This document shows positions 1 to 9,736 of a stretch of 64,000 nt of DNA, one piece after another. The stretch spans positions 396,056 to 460,055 of the forward strand of contig NW_013657660.1 in NCBI RefSeq assembly GCF_000142905.1, written 5' to 3'. The stretch comes from Thecamonas trahens ATCC 50062 (taxonomy: Eukaryota > Protista > Apusomonadida). The stretch's first letter is position 1, and every line of letters starts with the position of its first letter. Under the pieces are notes generated by a model. It was not told the origin of the DNA. It saw only the letters and a program-made list of their open reading frames with translations, and made no database searches. The translations under genes and the position numbers were made by a program.

Positions 1-614
1 GCCAGGCGGGCAGCAGCGGCAACAAGGCCGGCAGCAGCGCGGCGCAGGCGCGCAAGGCCGACGGCTCGGTCCTCACCAACCTCGTCTCGTCGGTCTCGTC
101 GCTGTTTGGCGCCACGGGCGGCTCGCCACACGGCAGTTCCACAGTGCCGCGGCTCTCTAAGCCCGGCTACTTTACCGAGCCGTCGATGGCAGAGCTCGCG
201 CGCATGACCGAGGACCAGCTGCGGGCGGTGCCGAACTTTGTCATCGGCTGCAAGGGTCTCGGCTCGATCCGGTTCGCCGGCACCACCGACGTCGTTGGCC
301 TCGACCTCGACTCGCTCGTCGAGTTTGAAAACTCTGCTGTCACCGTGTACCCGGACGGCGTAGTCAAGCACCAGCACGGCGAGAAGCTCAACAAGCCCGC
401 CGAGGTTCGGCTCCACTCATACCCCAAGTCCAAGGCCAAGTCGCGGAGCAAGAGCCGGACGAGCGCAGGCGTGTCCAGCAAGCGCATTGCCAAGCATCGC
501 GAGCGGCTCCGCAAGGCCACTGAGCGCGCCGGTGCCGAGTTTATCTCCTATGACGCTGATGACCGCAAGCCCGAGGGGCTCTGGGTCTTCCGCGTCGACA
601 GCTTTGACTCGTAA
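1..614 (+). CDS. NUP98: Nup98-family nucleoporin, C-terminal autoproteolytic (peptidase S59/Nucleoporin2) domain; 5' partial
   Basis: The frame is open from base 3 to TAA at 612-614. Motifs match the Nup98/96 autoproteolytic domain: PRLSKPGYFTEPSMAEL, VPNFVIG..GLGSIRF, DLDSLVEF...VTVYPD, GEKLNKPAEVRL and GAEFISYD..G.WVFRV. Confidence 0.8.
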   Translation, partial: QAGSSGNKAGSSAAQARKADGSVLTNLVSSVSSLFGATGGSPHGSSTVPRLSKPGYFTEPSMAELARMTEDQLRAVPNFVIGCKGLGSIRFAGTTDVVGLDLDSLVEFENSAVTVYPDGVVKHQHGEKLNKPAEVRLHSYPKSKAKSRSKSRTSAGVSSKRIAKHRERLRKATERAGAEFISYDADDRKPEGLWVFRVDSFDS

Positions 615-670
615 ACTACAAACGAACAAAGCGGGCGATGGATGAGGGCCGAGCCGGCAAAGCTCAACGT

Positions 671-2680
671 TTAAGACTCCCCACTCAGAGAGGTGGCCTC
701 CGACGAGAGCTCGCCGTCGTCGCGCGAGAGCCGAGAAACCCGCGACATTTGCGAGTCGTCGTCGGAGCCCGAGACAGAGGTTGGCGCACCAGCGCACACA
801 ACCTCATCATCATAGTCATAGTCGGACGACTCTGAGTTGACGCCGGCCTCCACCCGAGCCTTGTACTGCGAGTGGAGATCAGCCATCGAGACAAAGGTAG
901 AAATGGCGCCCACCTGCGAGGCGGCAAGCCTGCGGAGGTGGGCAATGACCCTGTCTTCAGAGGCGATGGCAGCCTCGAGTGTGTCAACACGCGCAGTAGC
1001 GTCGGCGATGGCAGAGGTTTCAGCGTGGAGAACGGCCTGAAGGCGGGCAACCTCCTTGCGCAACAGCTTCTGCACAAACTTGGGATCTGACGCCGGCGCT
1101 GTGCCGGCAAAGACCGAAGGCCGCAAGTCCTTGAACCGCCCGATGGCCTTGGAGAGCGCGGTCGAGCCGTCAGATTCTCCACAAGTCTCGCCGAGCCGCT
1201 TTCGCTGGCGCGTTGCCTCGGCCGAAGCCTGGAGCTTAGCTGAGATCCGGCGCATGATCTTGCCGGCAACCACCCGCTCGTTGCGGGTCGACTCGTGCGA
1301 GGCGACTACGTGCGAGGCCGAGAGGAGCCAGAGCCTCTGCTTTGGCCCGACCTTGAGGAACAGGTTCATCGAGTGGATGTGGTGGTGACGGACCGAGAAG
1401 ACGCGGACATGGTTGGCAATGTCAAAGGCGAGCTTGTGAACTTTGTCGCGGAGGAACTCGTCCGACTCTCGGAGCGCCCACGGGACAGCGACAGACGGTG
1501 GGTTGCGGCCCTCGAAAACCTGCAGCCTGGTTGCGAGATCGACGTTGTCATCTTCAAACGCGTGGACGTTGCGGCGGCGCTCGAGGGTGGTGTCGAGGCC
1601 GGCGTAGGCGACTTTGATGGTCTCGTTGTGCACGCCGTGCGGATCGACAAACCGCTGCAGCACCATGTACTGGGTCATGGCCGACTCTTCAAAGGCCTCG
1701 TCAAACGACTCGGCGGTGAGGTACTTGACCGACATAAACGACTCGTCGCCGCCAACGTTGTGCCGGACCTTGGTGAGGGTGGCGAGCACAGGCCCGCGCC
1801 GGTACGAGGTCTCTCGCATGAGCGCCGCCCGCACAGTTGAGAGTCGGAGTCGGTCCTGCCGCTTCTTGAGAATGCGCCCGTCCTTGGACATGAAGAGCCA
1901 CTCGGCGGGCGCGCCGTCGATAAACAGCACCGTGTCTGGAATGAGGACGCCAGGGCACGACTCGAGATCGTCGTTCTTGAGATAGACGTAGTGCAGAAAG
2001 TTGGGCACCATTCGCTGCGTCTCCATCCCGGCCAGCGAGTGGTACTCGACGTCGATGCAGGCAAAAGCCGAGTTGAGGGCGGTTGTCGACCCGCCACGCC
2101 CAAACTGGCCGCGGATCCGCGACTCAAAGGCGAGCGTCGTCTCGGACCTGCGCGAGATCAGCCCCTCGCCAGGCCTCGCCACATCGGCTGCTGTCTTGCG
2201 CTTTCGCCGCCGCCGCCGCCGCTGCCGTCCGCTACTTAAGCCACGGGCCGGCACGCCGTCGCGCCCGCCACCGTCGTCGTCGTCATCGGACCAAAGCGCG
2301 GAGCCCTGGCGGACCATCAGATAGTCGATCTGGCCAACCGAGCAGTTGAGCGCGTTTGGCGGCTGCAACCGCATGCCGCCGCCGTCGGCCGAGTACGCTG
2401 AGTCGTAGCCCGAGTACGCGTACGAGTACGAGTCGTTCGACCCATCGCCGGGCGCTGGCGTGAACGACACATGCCGCACCCTATCACGAGCCGTGTCTGT
2501 GATCCGCCGCATCGAGGCGTCTGACGAGCCCGAGCCCGAGCCTGAGCCTGAGCCCATACCTCCAGCCTCTGTCTCGAGTGTCATCCGTGACCCACGCTGC
2601 GAGAGTGAGCGAGTCCGCGGCGAACGGACAGCTGCCGAGCGTGGCCTCCGCGAGACCGGGCGCAGCCGCCGAGGAACCAT
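671..2680 (-). CDS. Conserved hypothetical protein (669 aa); central globular domain, possibly ATP-grasp-like, plus C-terminal coiled coil
   Basis: Long ATG-started ORF with a low-complexity N-terminus. Globular core PGVLIPDTVLF...VLQRFVDPHG.HNETIKV...LERRRN, then heptad-rich LLRKEVARLQAVL...LEAAIASE. The fold call is a weak resemblance only. Confidence 0.7.
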   Translation of the reverse strand: MVPRRLRPVSRRPRSAAVRSPRTRSLSQRGSRMTLETEAGGMGSGSGSGSGSSDASMRRITDTARDRVRHVSFTPAPGDGSNDSYSYAYSGYDSAYSADGGGMRLQPPNALNCSVGQIDYLMVRQGSALWSDDDDDGGGRDGVPARGLSSGRQRRRRRRKRKTAADVARPGEGLISRRSETTLAFESRIRGQFGRGGSTTALNSAFACIDVEYHSLAGMETQRMVPNFLHYVYLKNDDLESCPGVLIPDTVLFIDGAPAEWLFMSKDGRILKKRQDRLRLSTVRAALMRETSYRRGPVLATLTKVRHNVGGDESFMSVKYLTAESFDEAFEESAMTQYMVLQRFVDPHGVHNETIKVAYAGLDTTLERRRNVHAFEDDNVDLATRLQVFEGRNPPSVAVPWALRESDEFLRDKVHKLAFDIANHVRVFSVRHHHIHSMNLFLKVGPKQRLWLLSASHVVASHESTRNERVVAGKIMRRISAKLQASAEATRQRKRLGETCGESDGSTALSKAIGRFKDLRPSVFAGTAPASDPKFVQKLLRKEVARLQAVLHAETSAIADATARVDTLEAAIASEDRVIAHLRRLAASQVGAISTFVSMADLHSQYKARVEAGVNSESSDYDYDDEVVCAGAPTSVSGSDDDSQMSRVSRLSRDDGELSSEATSLSGES

Positions 2681-2711
2681 GGCGAGCAGAGGAGGGCAAG
2701 GGGGGGGAGGG

Positions 2712-2717
2712 GGGGAG

Positions 2718-2752
<35 letters not shown>

Positions 2753-2757
2753 CGAGA
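2712..2757. repeat. (GA)n microsatellite next to a G-rich tract
   Basis: gagagagaga... run directly visible. Confidence 0.85.
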
Positions 2758-2764
2758 GGAGGCG

Positions 2765-3373
2765 TCAGACCAGCGAGTGGCTGCTTGCAGTTAGCCGCCG
2801 CTGTCGAGACAAGTGCGAAGTTTGGTCGTGGTTGGCCCTCGACCTCACACGGTGGTGACACGACCGTTGGCCGGCAGCCCGAGCGGCAGCCGCGGCTCGG
2901 CGCGACTGGCGGGCTCCGGGGCGGATGACTCGAGGGATGGGTCGACGAGGCGAAGAGGAAGCGTTGTTGGTGGATGGGTGGCTCGCCCGAGCATGGGCAG
3001 ACGGTGGAGCGGCCGAGAGGTCGGCGTGGAGCGCGTCGATGTCGCCAAGGAAGCGCAGCGTGGCGCTGTCCGACTCGCTCCGGCAAGGGAGTGGCGAGCC
3101 TGTCGAGGCGGACGAGCGCAGGGCTGGGAACGGGCGCGGGACGCGACGTACCTGGCGGGAAAGCCGCCGGTGGAGGACAGCCGAGTGCAACTCAGCGGCG
3201 AGAAGGTCGTGGACCTCTTTGCGCATGGCAGCATCGAGGTCCTTGACCATCCGCTTCGCCCGTCGTGCCCGCTTTCGCTCGGTCTCGAGCTTGTTGGTCA
3301 GCTCGCACAACACGCCGCGATCGCGCGCAAAGTCCACAGGCCGAGGCCATGAGAAAGTTGCCTCCATACGCAT
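2765..3373 (-). CDS. Hypothetical protein with a short coiled coil (probable start MRMEATFSW)
   Basis: Part of ORF 2765..3529. The helical segment ELTNKLETERKRARRAKRMVKDLDAAMRKEVHDLLAAEL looks coding; the 3' end is uncertain. Confidence 0.4.
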   Translation of the reverse strand: MRMEATFSWPRPVDFARDRGVLCELTNKLETERKRARRAKRMVKDLDAAMRKEVHDLLAAELHSAVLHRRLSRQVRRVPRPFPALRSSASTGSPLPCRSESDSATLRFLGDIDALHADLSAAPPSAHARASHPSTNNASSSPRRPIPRVIRPGARQSRRAAAAARAAGQRSCHHRVRSRANHDQTSHLSRQRRLTASSHSLV

Positions 3374-3571
3374 CGGCGGATGATAGACAAGTAGCTGAAG
3401 GAGTATGGGGTTAGAGAAACAACAATAGCTGTGTGGCGTCGAGTGTTGTGGCGCAAAGAGGAAGAGATCGGGGCAGGAGTCCCGAGTGGGGGGTTTAGGA
3501 GCGGGGCGGGAAGCGGGGAGGCAAAGCAATGCTGCGTATAAATTAGTGTATTCTCCTCTTCACCTTCAACA

Positions 3572-3645
3572 GCCTCCATAGCTCAGTTCGGTAGAGCGAC
3601 AGACTCTTAATCTGTCGGCCGTGGGTTCGAGCCCCACTGGGGGCT
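3572..3645 (+). tRNA. tRNA-Lys(CTT)
   Basis: Acceptor stem GCCTCCA/TGGGGGC; D-arm GCTC-AGTTCGGTA-GAGC; anticodon arm ACAGA-CTCTTAA-TCTGT; T-arm GTGGG-TTCGAGC-CCCAC; followed by an oligo-T Pol III terminator. Confidence 0.97.
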
Positions 3646-3647
3646 GA

Positions 3648-3655
3648 TTTTTTTT
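3648..3655 (+). terminator. RNA polymerase III oligo-T terminator
   Basis: T-run immediately 3' of the tRNA gene. Confidence 0.85.
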
Positions 3656-4233
3656 GCCTCCCCGTCGACCCTCCTCCCAGCTTCATCACAATAGTCCGCT
3701 ACCTTCCAGCGAGAGCGATAGCTGGCACAGTCTAGATGCAGTAGCAGCCAGTTGTGCAATGCGCAGGTATAAGTACGGGTGATCATGGGGTGAGAGGTTG
3801 ATTACTCGCCGCAAGGTGCGCCCGAGATGGACGGAAAGCGGAGCAGCAGCCGGCGAGCCCAAGCCTCGCGGGCGAACCAAGGCACGGGGAGGAAGGAGGA
3901 TGCCAAGGGAGGTGACACCTCACGTGGTGAAGCAGGACGGGTACCCGCGAGTTCACAGGGTAAGCACGGGAACATTAACGAAGAGGAGGAGGGGCCAGAG
4001 GGTGGGTGGTATGGTGGAAAGCAGTGGGGGGGGGGAGGGGGGCTGGCTTGGCGCGCGCGCCAGACGGCGTGTGGGGCTGGCGGGCGGGCGGGGGAAAAAT
4101 GGGCGCGGAGAGCACGGTGGGCATGGGGAAGGACGAGGAACGGGGAGGGGGTACAGGGGGTGCGCAGGGGAGGCGAGAGCGAGGGAGAAGCTCACACCGG
4201 TACTGGGCACGTGTGGGCGACAGAGGCAGGAGG

Positions 4234-5700
4234 ATGGACAGTGGAGCTGATGCGCTGCTCCAGACGGAGATGTTGGACCTTATTGCCGACTCGGGACTCG
4301 CCGAGCTGGCCAAGGACTCGGGCCTAGTCTCGGCCTCGGGCATGCTCAATACGCCCGGCTCCAGCCGTGGTCAATCGACTCAAGCACAGGATCCGCCCGC
4401 TTCTCGTACGTGATGCTGCCACCAGAGTGCCCCCCTTCCCCCCCCCCCCCCCTCCCTTCCCCCCTCCCCCTCCCCTTCCGCCGAGTGTGACTCACCTCCA
4501 TCGTACTTGTGTATGGGCGCGGGTGATGGAACCATCAGTCGATCATATCAATCTGCCGATGCTGCCGCCGCTGGGCGGACTGCCGGGCTCGCCGCTTGTT
4601 GGCAGCGGGAAGAAGCGTGGGCGCGAGGGTGAGGATGAAGTGAGAGTCGGGCGGGGCTCACTGGAGGAGGTGGCAACGGCAGCGCTGGTGGCAAGCTCGC
4701 GGCGGGCGTCTGTGGCATCGACACCGACGCCTCGGCGGCGGAAGCGATCCTCATCCAAGGCGCCCGGCTCAACGGCCAAGAACGCCGGGCTGCGGCACTT
4801 TTCGATGCGTGTGTGCCAAAAGGTGCGGCAGAAGGGCCAGACGACGTACGACGAGGTGGCGACCGAGCTGGTCAACGAAATTGTGGCGGCCGAGGCGGCC
4901 GAGGGCAAGACCAACTCGAACCAGAAGAACATCCGGCGGCGGGTGTATGATGCGCTCAACGTGTTGATGGCGATGGACATCATCTCGCGCGAGAAAAAGG
5001 TCATCTCGTGGCTTGGTCTCCCGTCGAGCGAAGTCGGCGAGTGCGACCAGGTCCGCAAGCGCATTGCAGCGAGGACGGCGTCGATTGCCCAGAAGAAGCA
5101 CCATCTGCAAGAGCTGTTGACCCAGGTGGTGACGCTTAACAACCTTGTCGAGCGCAACACCAATCGGCGGCGCAAGCTGCAGCGCAATCTTGCGGGCAAC
5201 GCCGTGGCGTCCAGCATCCGGTCTGGAGGGCGGTCGACGGTTGCGCTCGACATGGGTCCCCTCTTCGCGTCGTCCCCGAACGAGTCACCGGTCTCGTCGC
5301 CACGGCGGTCGTCGCGGAGACGAGCGTCGTCGCCGGTGGCGGAGGAGCCGGTGGCGGAGAAGGGGGGGTGGCGGTGGTTGAGGACGCAGCGTCGCTTGTT
5401 GACGAGCTCGACGCCGGCTTTACGGCCGAAGACGATGCCGAGCAGAACCGGCTCTACCTCCCGTTCATTGTCGTCAACACACCACGTGACACGGTGATTG
5501 ACTGCGAGATGGCGGTTGACCGCTCAGACTTTTTCTTCAACTTTTCCCAGCCATTTGAAATCCACGATGACAACGAGATTCTCAAGCGCATGGGCCTGCA
5601 GTTTCTCACCTCTCAAGTCCGCGACACGTACATTCCCAAGGAGCTGCAGAACTTTCTGCCGGCTTCGCTGGTAGTTGCCGATCCCGCACCGTCCGAGTGA
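4234..5700 (+). CDS. TFDP: DP transcription factor (E2F dimerisation partner); predicted intron 4406-4538; apparent frameshift at the G7 run 5362-5368
   Basis: Winged helix GLRHFSMRVCQKV...TTYDEVATELV...KNIRRRVYDALNVLMAMDIISREKK.ISWLGLP. The DP C-terminal domain LPFIVVNT...IDCEM..DRSDFFFNFSQPFEIHDDNEILKRMG lies in ORF 5368..5700. The intron GTACGT...GACTCAC...CATCAG is phase-compatible with exon 1 MDSGADALL. Confidence 0.92.
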
Positions 5701-5751
5701 TCGCTTGGAGCGTCGACAACGTGCGGCTATTAACATCATCATCGGAAACAG

Positions 5752-7887
5752 CTACATCGAGTCCGAGTCTGACAGCGCAAATGACATGTTGCCTGCTGCC
5801 GCCGGAGCCGGCTCTGTAGCCGGCGCTCCGTCGGGCTCAGAGTCTGAGTCGGAAAGCACGTAGCCGGACTCGCCCCCGGTAGTCGGCGCTCTGGTCATCG
5901 GCGCTCCACCATCATCCGAGTCTGACTCGGAGAGCACATAGCCCGAGGCGCTGGAAGGTGGCGCAGGCTTCTGTCGCGGCGTCATCGGCGGCGACGGCGA
6001 GAGCGAGATGTCGAGGACCGACGGCGCCCGAGTCGACGGCGGCGAGAGCGGAGGCGACCGCGACCGCGACTGCGACAGCGACCGCGACCGGGTCATGCCA
6101 CCCTGCTGCTCCGGCGACGAGCCTGCGACTGCCCGTGCGGCGTCCAGCTGGGCCTGCAGCGCGACAATGCAGGCCTCGAGCTGGCTGCGCTCAGCCTCGG
6201 CGCGCCCGGCACGCTGCTCGGCGACGTCAAGACGGGCCCGGAGGCTCTGGATTTCAGAGGCCGGCGCTGGAGACGGGGCAGCAGCCTCAGCGGCCGCCGC
6301 CTTGGTCGCCTCGCACTCGGCCTTGAGCTTGCGGATTTGGCCGGACAGCTGGTTTCTTGTCCGCCGGAGCGCATCGCGGGCCTTCTTCTCGGCCGCTTTG
6401 CTTGCCGCTTGATGCTGGCTGAGCTTGGAAGTGAGGGCGTCATACTGCTTGCGCCCGGCTGCAAGCTTGTCTTTGAGCCGGCCAACAGCGGTCATCAAGT
6501 CGCGCTTGTCTTGCTTGAGGGTGAGGAGCGTCAGCGACTCTTGCGACGATTGGGCGGCGGCAAGGGCTTTGGCCAGATTACTGCTCTGGCGCTTTTCGCG
6601 GACAAGAGCAGCGCGGAGCTCGCGAACCCTGGCACGAGCCTTTTTGTACTCTTCCTGTGCCCGCCACTTGATCCTCGTGTGCTCGCGAAGGAGCGAGCGC
6701 TGCCACTCATCAAGCGCAGCCGCGAGCTGGTCGTCGGTCTCGATCTGCCCGCCACAAGATGGGGCCCGTGCATGAGCAGCCTTCAGGAGTGCAACTGCCT
6801 CCTGCGGCTCGAGGCCTACTTGAGCCAGCCTACGGCGTGCCAGCTCGCGTGCCTTCATCACCATCAGCTCGCCGACCAGTTCGCGGTTGGCCGCCTCTTG
6901 CCGCTCTAGAAGCAACCGCGAGCGCGTGAGTTTGCGGGCGAGCTCAGATGGCGCGCTCCGCAGCTTGCTCCCACTCTTACCTCCATGTACGTTTTCCTCG
7001 TTGGCAACCATGGTGAGAATGCCATCGCGAAGCTCATCGAGCACGTCATAAAGCTCTGCCAGCTCGTCGAGCGAAGCGTGAGACGACGACATCGACAGGT
7101 CGTGCGCAGCCGTAGTGCTGTGCTGTGGCTTGGAAGCAGGCGCAGCTAGAGGCTCCGGCTCAAGATCCTCGCTTTGCAGTGCCGTCGACGGTGTCATGAA
7201 CACAAGATTGCGGGCGAGGGGAGCGCTTCCGTGGCTGCCATCGCTGGCAGGAGTGGCCGGAGGCAGCGACTCGTCAAGCGCGAGGCTGTCATCGACGGCC
7301 GACAAGGGCGAGAGGGTGACGTCGAGCGGAGACGTCAAAGCTGGCGGAGGAAGTGTGTCGTCAAGCACCAGCGAGTCATCGTCAGTGTCGTCTGCCGGTG
7401 GCAGCGTGTCGTCCATCGGCGGCAGTGTCTCGTCGAGCTCCGGCTGGAGGGAATCGTCGCCGGCATTGGGCTCGACGGAAATGAGCGGCGCAGAGACGGC
7501 TGCGACTGCGGCAGCCATAGAGTCGAAATCGAGCGAATGAGTGGGAACCGGCTCGGGCACGAGCGCAGGCGCGGGCGCATGTGTGAGAGCGGGTCGAGGT
7601 GCAGGCGCCGACGCGGGCGGAGGGGCGGATACAGGCGCAGGCGCTGGATCGAGCAGTGGTTGGGCGGGCGCCGGCGATGGCGGGACATGCGACGGCGGCT
7701 CAATGCCTGCCGAGCGCATGGCGTCGACGAGCGAAGGTGTTGGTGGGAGGGCGAGGTCAAAGTCGTCGAGGCCGGCACCGAGGCCGAAGCCGTCGACTTC
7801 GTCACCGCTGCGGGAGTCACCCGAGTCCGACGGCAGCGCAAAGAGCTCGCCCGTGTTGATAGTCTCCACAGACTCGCTGTCCGACAT
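5752..7887 (-). CDS. Hypothetical coiled-coil protein (711 aa) with Pro/acidic disordered ends
   Basis: Long ATG ORF with extensive heptad region (approx. aa 270-585), repeated DDTLPP motifs and repeated (Y/F)xLSxSDS motifs. Confidence 0.8.
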   Translation of the reverse strand: MSDSESVETINTGELFALPSDSGDSRSGDEVDGFGLGAGLDDFDLALPPTPSLVDAMRSAGIEPPSHVPPSPAPAQPLLDPAPAPVSAPPPASAPAPRPALTHAPAPALVPEPVPTHSLDFDSMAAAVAAVSAPLISVEPNAGDDSLQPELDETLPPMDDTLPPADDTDDDSLVLDDTLPPPALTSPLDVTLSPLSAVDDSLALDESLPPATPASDGSHGSAPLARNLVFMTPSTALQSEDLEPEPLAAPASKPQHSTTAAHDLSMSSSHASLDELAELYDVLDELRDGILTMVANEENVHGGKSGSKLRSAPSELARKLTRSRLLLERQEAANRELVGELMVMKARELARRRLAQVGLEPQEAVALLKAAHARAPSCGGQIETDDQLAAALDEWQRSLLREHTRIKWRAQEEYKKARARVRELRAALVREKRQSSNLAKALAAAQSSQESLTLLTLKQDKRDLMTAVGRLKDKLAAGRKQYDALTSKLSQHQAASKAAEKKARDALRRTRNQLSGQIRKLKAECEATKAAAAEAAAPSPAPASEIQSLRARLDVAEQRAGRAEAERSQLEACIVALQAQLDAARAVAGSSPEQQGGMTRSRSLSQSRSRSPPLSPPSTRAPSVLDISLSPSPPMTPRQKPAPPSSASGYVLSESDSDDGGAPMTRAPTTGGESGYVLSDSDSEPDGAPATEPAPAAAGNMSFALSDSDSM

Positions 7888-8064
7888 GGTGCGGGTGCGT
7901 GTCGGGTGGGCGCGTGGGCGGGGTGAGGTGGCTCTCGATCCAGCAAGTTGCCACGGGTGGTTGGCGCCAAATCAAGTGAAGCCATGCGGTGGCACCGGCG
8001 GTTTGCGTGGCAGGGGGGGAGGGGGGAGGGTCGCCTTTCATGCCAAAAAAAAGATCAAATCATC

Positions 8065-8138
8065 AGCCCCCAGTGGGGCTCGAACCCACGGCCGACAGAT
8101 TAAGAGTCTGTCGCTCTACCGAACTGAGCTATGGAGGC
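8065..8138 (-). tRNA. tRNA-Lys(CTT), copy 2
   Basis: Exact reverse complement of 3572-3645; the A-run at 8045-8052 forms the minus-strand terminator. Confidence 0.97.
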
Positions 8139-8164
8139 AATTAATGATGATTTGAAAAAGAAGC

Positions 8165-8238
8165 AGCCCCCAGTGGGGCTCGAACCCACGGCCGACAGAT
8201 TAAGAGTCTGTCGCTCTACCGAACTGAGCTATGGAGGC
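8165..8238 (-). tRNA. tRNA-Lys(CTT), copy 3
   Basis: Identical to copy 2 and offset by exactly 100 bp; a T5 terminator lies in the spacer on the minus strand. Confidence 0.97.
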
Positions 8239-8546
8239 TGTTGAGTTGGAGCGGTGAAAGTCTACATTTTTACTAGTACATTGCTTTGTAAGCTGAGAAC
8301 AATGGATCGACCTGCCATGACTCGCCTACGGAGAACGTGGCGCCCGTCGTCGAGCGCGTCGTGCGCCGGACGCGCAGCAGGCGCAGGCAGCGCCGTGAGC
8401 GTGGTCGCTCTTACGCCCGGACCGCGGGCGCTGGCGCTGGCCACCTGGGCGGGAGCGATGACGCGAGGTGCTGGATGCCTGGATGCCTGTCCGCACGCCT
8501 CAGCAGCAAAGAGGCGACGGCAGGTCTCAAAGCGAAGCCTAGCTAG

Positions 8547-9212
8547 CTACGGATAGAAGATGGTGGGATCGGCGTCGTCTCCACTTGGCAGGCCATTGCG
8601 GATGGTGTCGGCGGCGACGGTGATGGTGCTCGCCAACTCATCAACAACCTTGCCGATGATCGACTTGCTTGCGGCGGTGGGCGAGGTTGGAGAGAGAAGC
8701 GTCGGTGCCGAGTCTGACAGCGGCGACGACGGGGCGCTGCTCGACGCGCCGCCACTGTCGCCGCCGTCGCCAGAGGTGTCGAGACTGAGGTTCCAGTCTG
8801 TGTGCGGCGACGAGGCAGCAAAGATGGCCTGCGCCTCGATGCCGTCGAGAACACCATGGATCCAGGCTGGATCCTTCATGGCGCCAGCAGCAGTCGAGCC
8901 GAGATGCGCCGAGTCAACCTTTGGCATGTGTTCGTTGCCAAGCGCGTCGACGACGGCCCGTGAGCCCAGGCCTGAGCCCAGGCCGGGGCCCGGAGCCCAT
9001 CCGGCTCCGCCGGGTCCTGCACCAATGCGGCCGTTGCGGCCTCCGATGTTCGCAGCTTGAGCCATGACGTGATCTTGTTCTCTTACCTCTGTGTCGAGTC
9101 GAGTGTGGCGGCGTTGAGCGCGAGAGAGTTCTTCACGAACAATCCGCCTTTTGACTCCTTCCCCGTGGCGCCCGGACTTATCGGCCTTCTGCGCCGACCC
9201 CTCTGCATCCAT
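8547..9212 (-). CDS. Hypothetical protein, possibly the spliced continuation of the upstream DCX-domain gene
   Basis: ORF 8547..9242 with first ATG at 9212 (MDAEGSAQK); the frame stays open upstream towards about 9360. Confidence 0.5.
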   Translation of the reverse strand: MDAEGSAQKADKSGRHGEGVKRRIVREELSRAQRRHTRLDTEVREQDHVMAQAANIGGRNGRIGAGPGGAGWAPGPGLGSGLGSRAVVDALGNEHMPKVDSAHLGSTAAGAMKDPAWIHGVLDGIEAQAIFAASSPHTDWNLSLDTSGDGGDSGGASSSAPSSPLSDSAPTLLSPTSPTAASKSIIGKVVDELASTITVAADTIRNGLPSGDDADPTIFYP

Positions 9213-9418
9213 TAGTAGCCGGCGGTGGGAGAAGTATGCCACACTGGTAGAGAGGGCATGCAGAGTGCGTGATGACGGTGTCGTTTCCCGTGCTTGTGGA
9301 GCCTGGCGTGGCGTTTGCGCGCGGAGGATGGGTTCAGGTGCCCAGGCCCGATCAGCAACCTGCCACGGGCCACGGCATGCCAGTCGGCAATCTCACCTGT
9401 TGGCACTCTCAACAGACA

Positions 9419-9736
9419 TCAGCTCCCTATGATGTTGGCATCGGCTGTGCTACCAGCGTCGGTGGCCTGGGCAGCAGCCGGCGACGAGAGCGGATGGCGG
9501 CACCCGGGCTCATCGCCGCAGGCAACGTACAGGTGTCCCTCGCGCAGCTCGTCGGTCCGCTCCACAGCCCTGCCCGAGACGGCGTCCACAAGGCGGACAA
9601 CAGTTCCGGTGATACACCAGCGACCAGCAGTGGTGAGGCCGACAAGGACGTCCGCCAGCGCAGCACCACCGTCAACAAAGACCACCTCGCCGTCGTCGGC
9701 AGCGTCGCCGTCCCGGACAAGGCGGACAGCAGGCAT
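9419..9736 (-). CDS. Doublecortin (DCX) domain protein
   Basis: MPAVRLVRDGD..DDGEVVFV...LADVLVGLT...GTVVRLVDAVSGRAVERTDELREGHLYVACGDEP fits the DCX consensus (RNGD...V.RL....G..V..L.EL..G..YVA.G.E.). Confidence 0.75.
   Translation of the reverse strand: MPAVRLVRDGDAADDGEVVFVDGGAALADVLVGLTTAGRWCITGTVVRLVDAVSGRAVERTDELREGHLYVACGDEPGCRHPLSSPAAAQATDAGSTADANIIGS

Noticed and set aside
3572-8238. tRNA copies as transposon terminal inverted repeats or an integration att site
   Set aside because: They are full-length intact tRNAs with their own terminators; there is no transposase or integrase inside, and the enclosed genes are cellular.
9419-9736. Apicortin
   Set aside because: The DCX domain is present, but no partial p25alpha (GxGxGxxGR) domain is found in adjacent frames.
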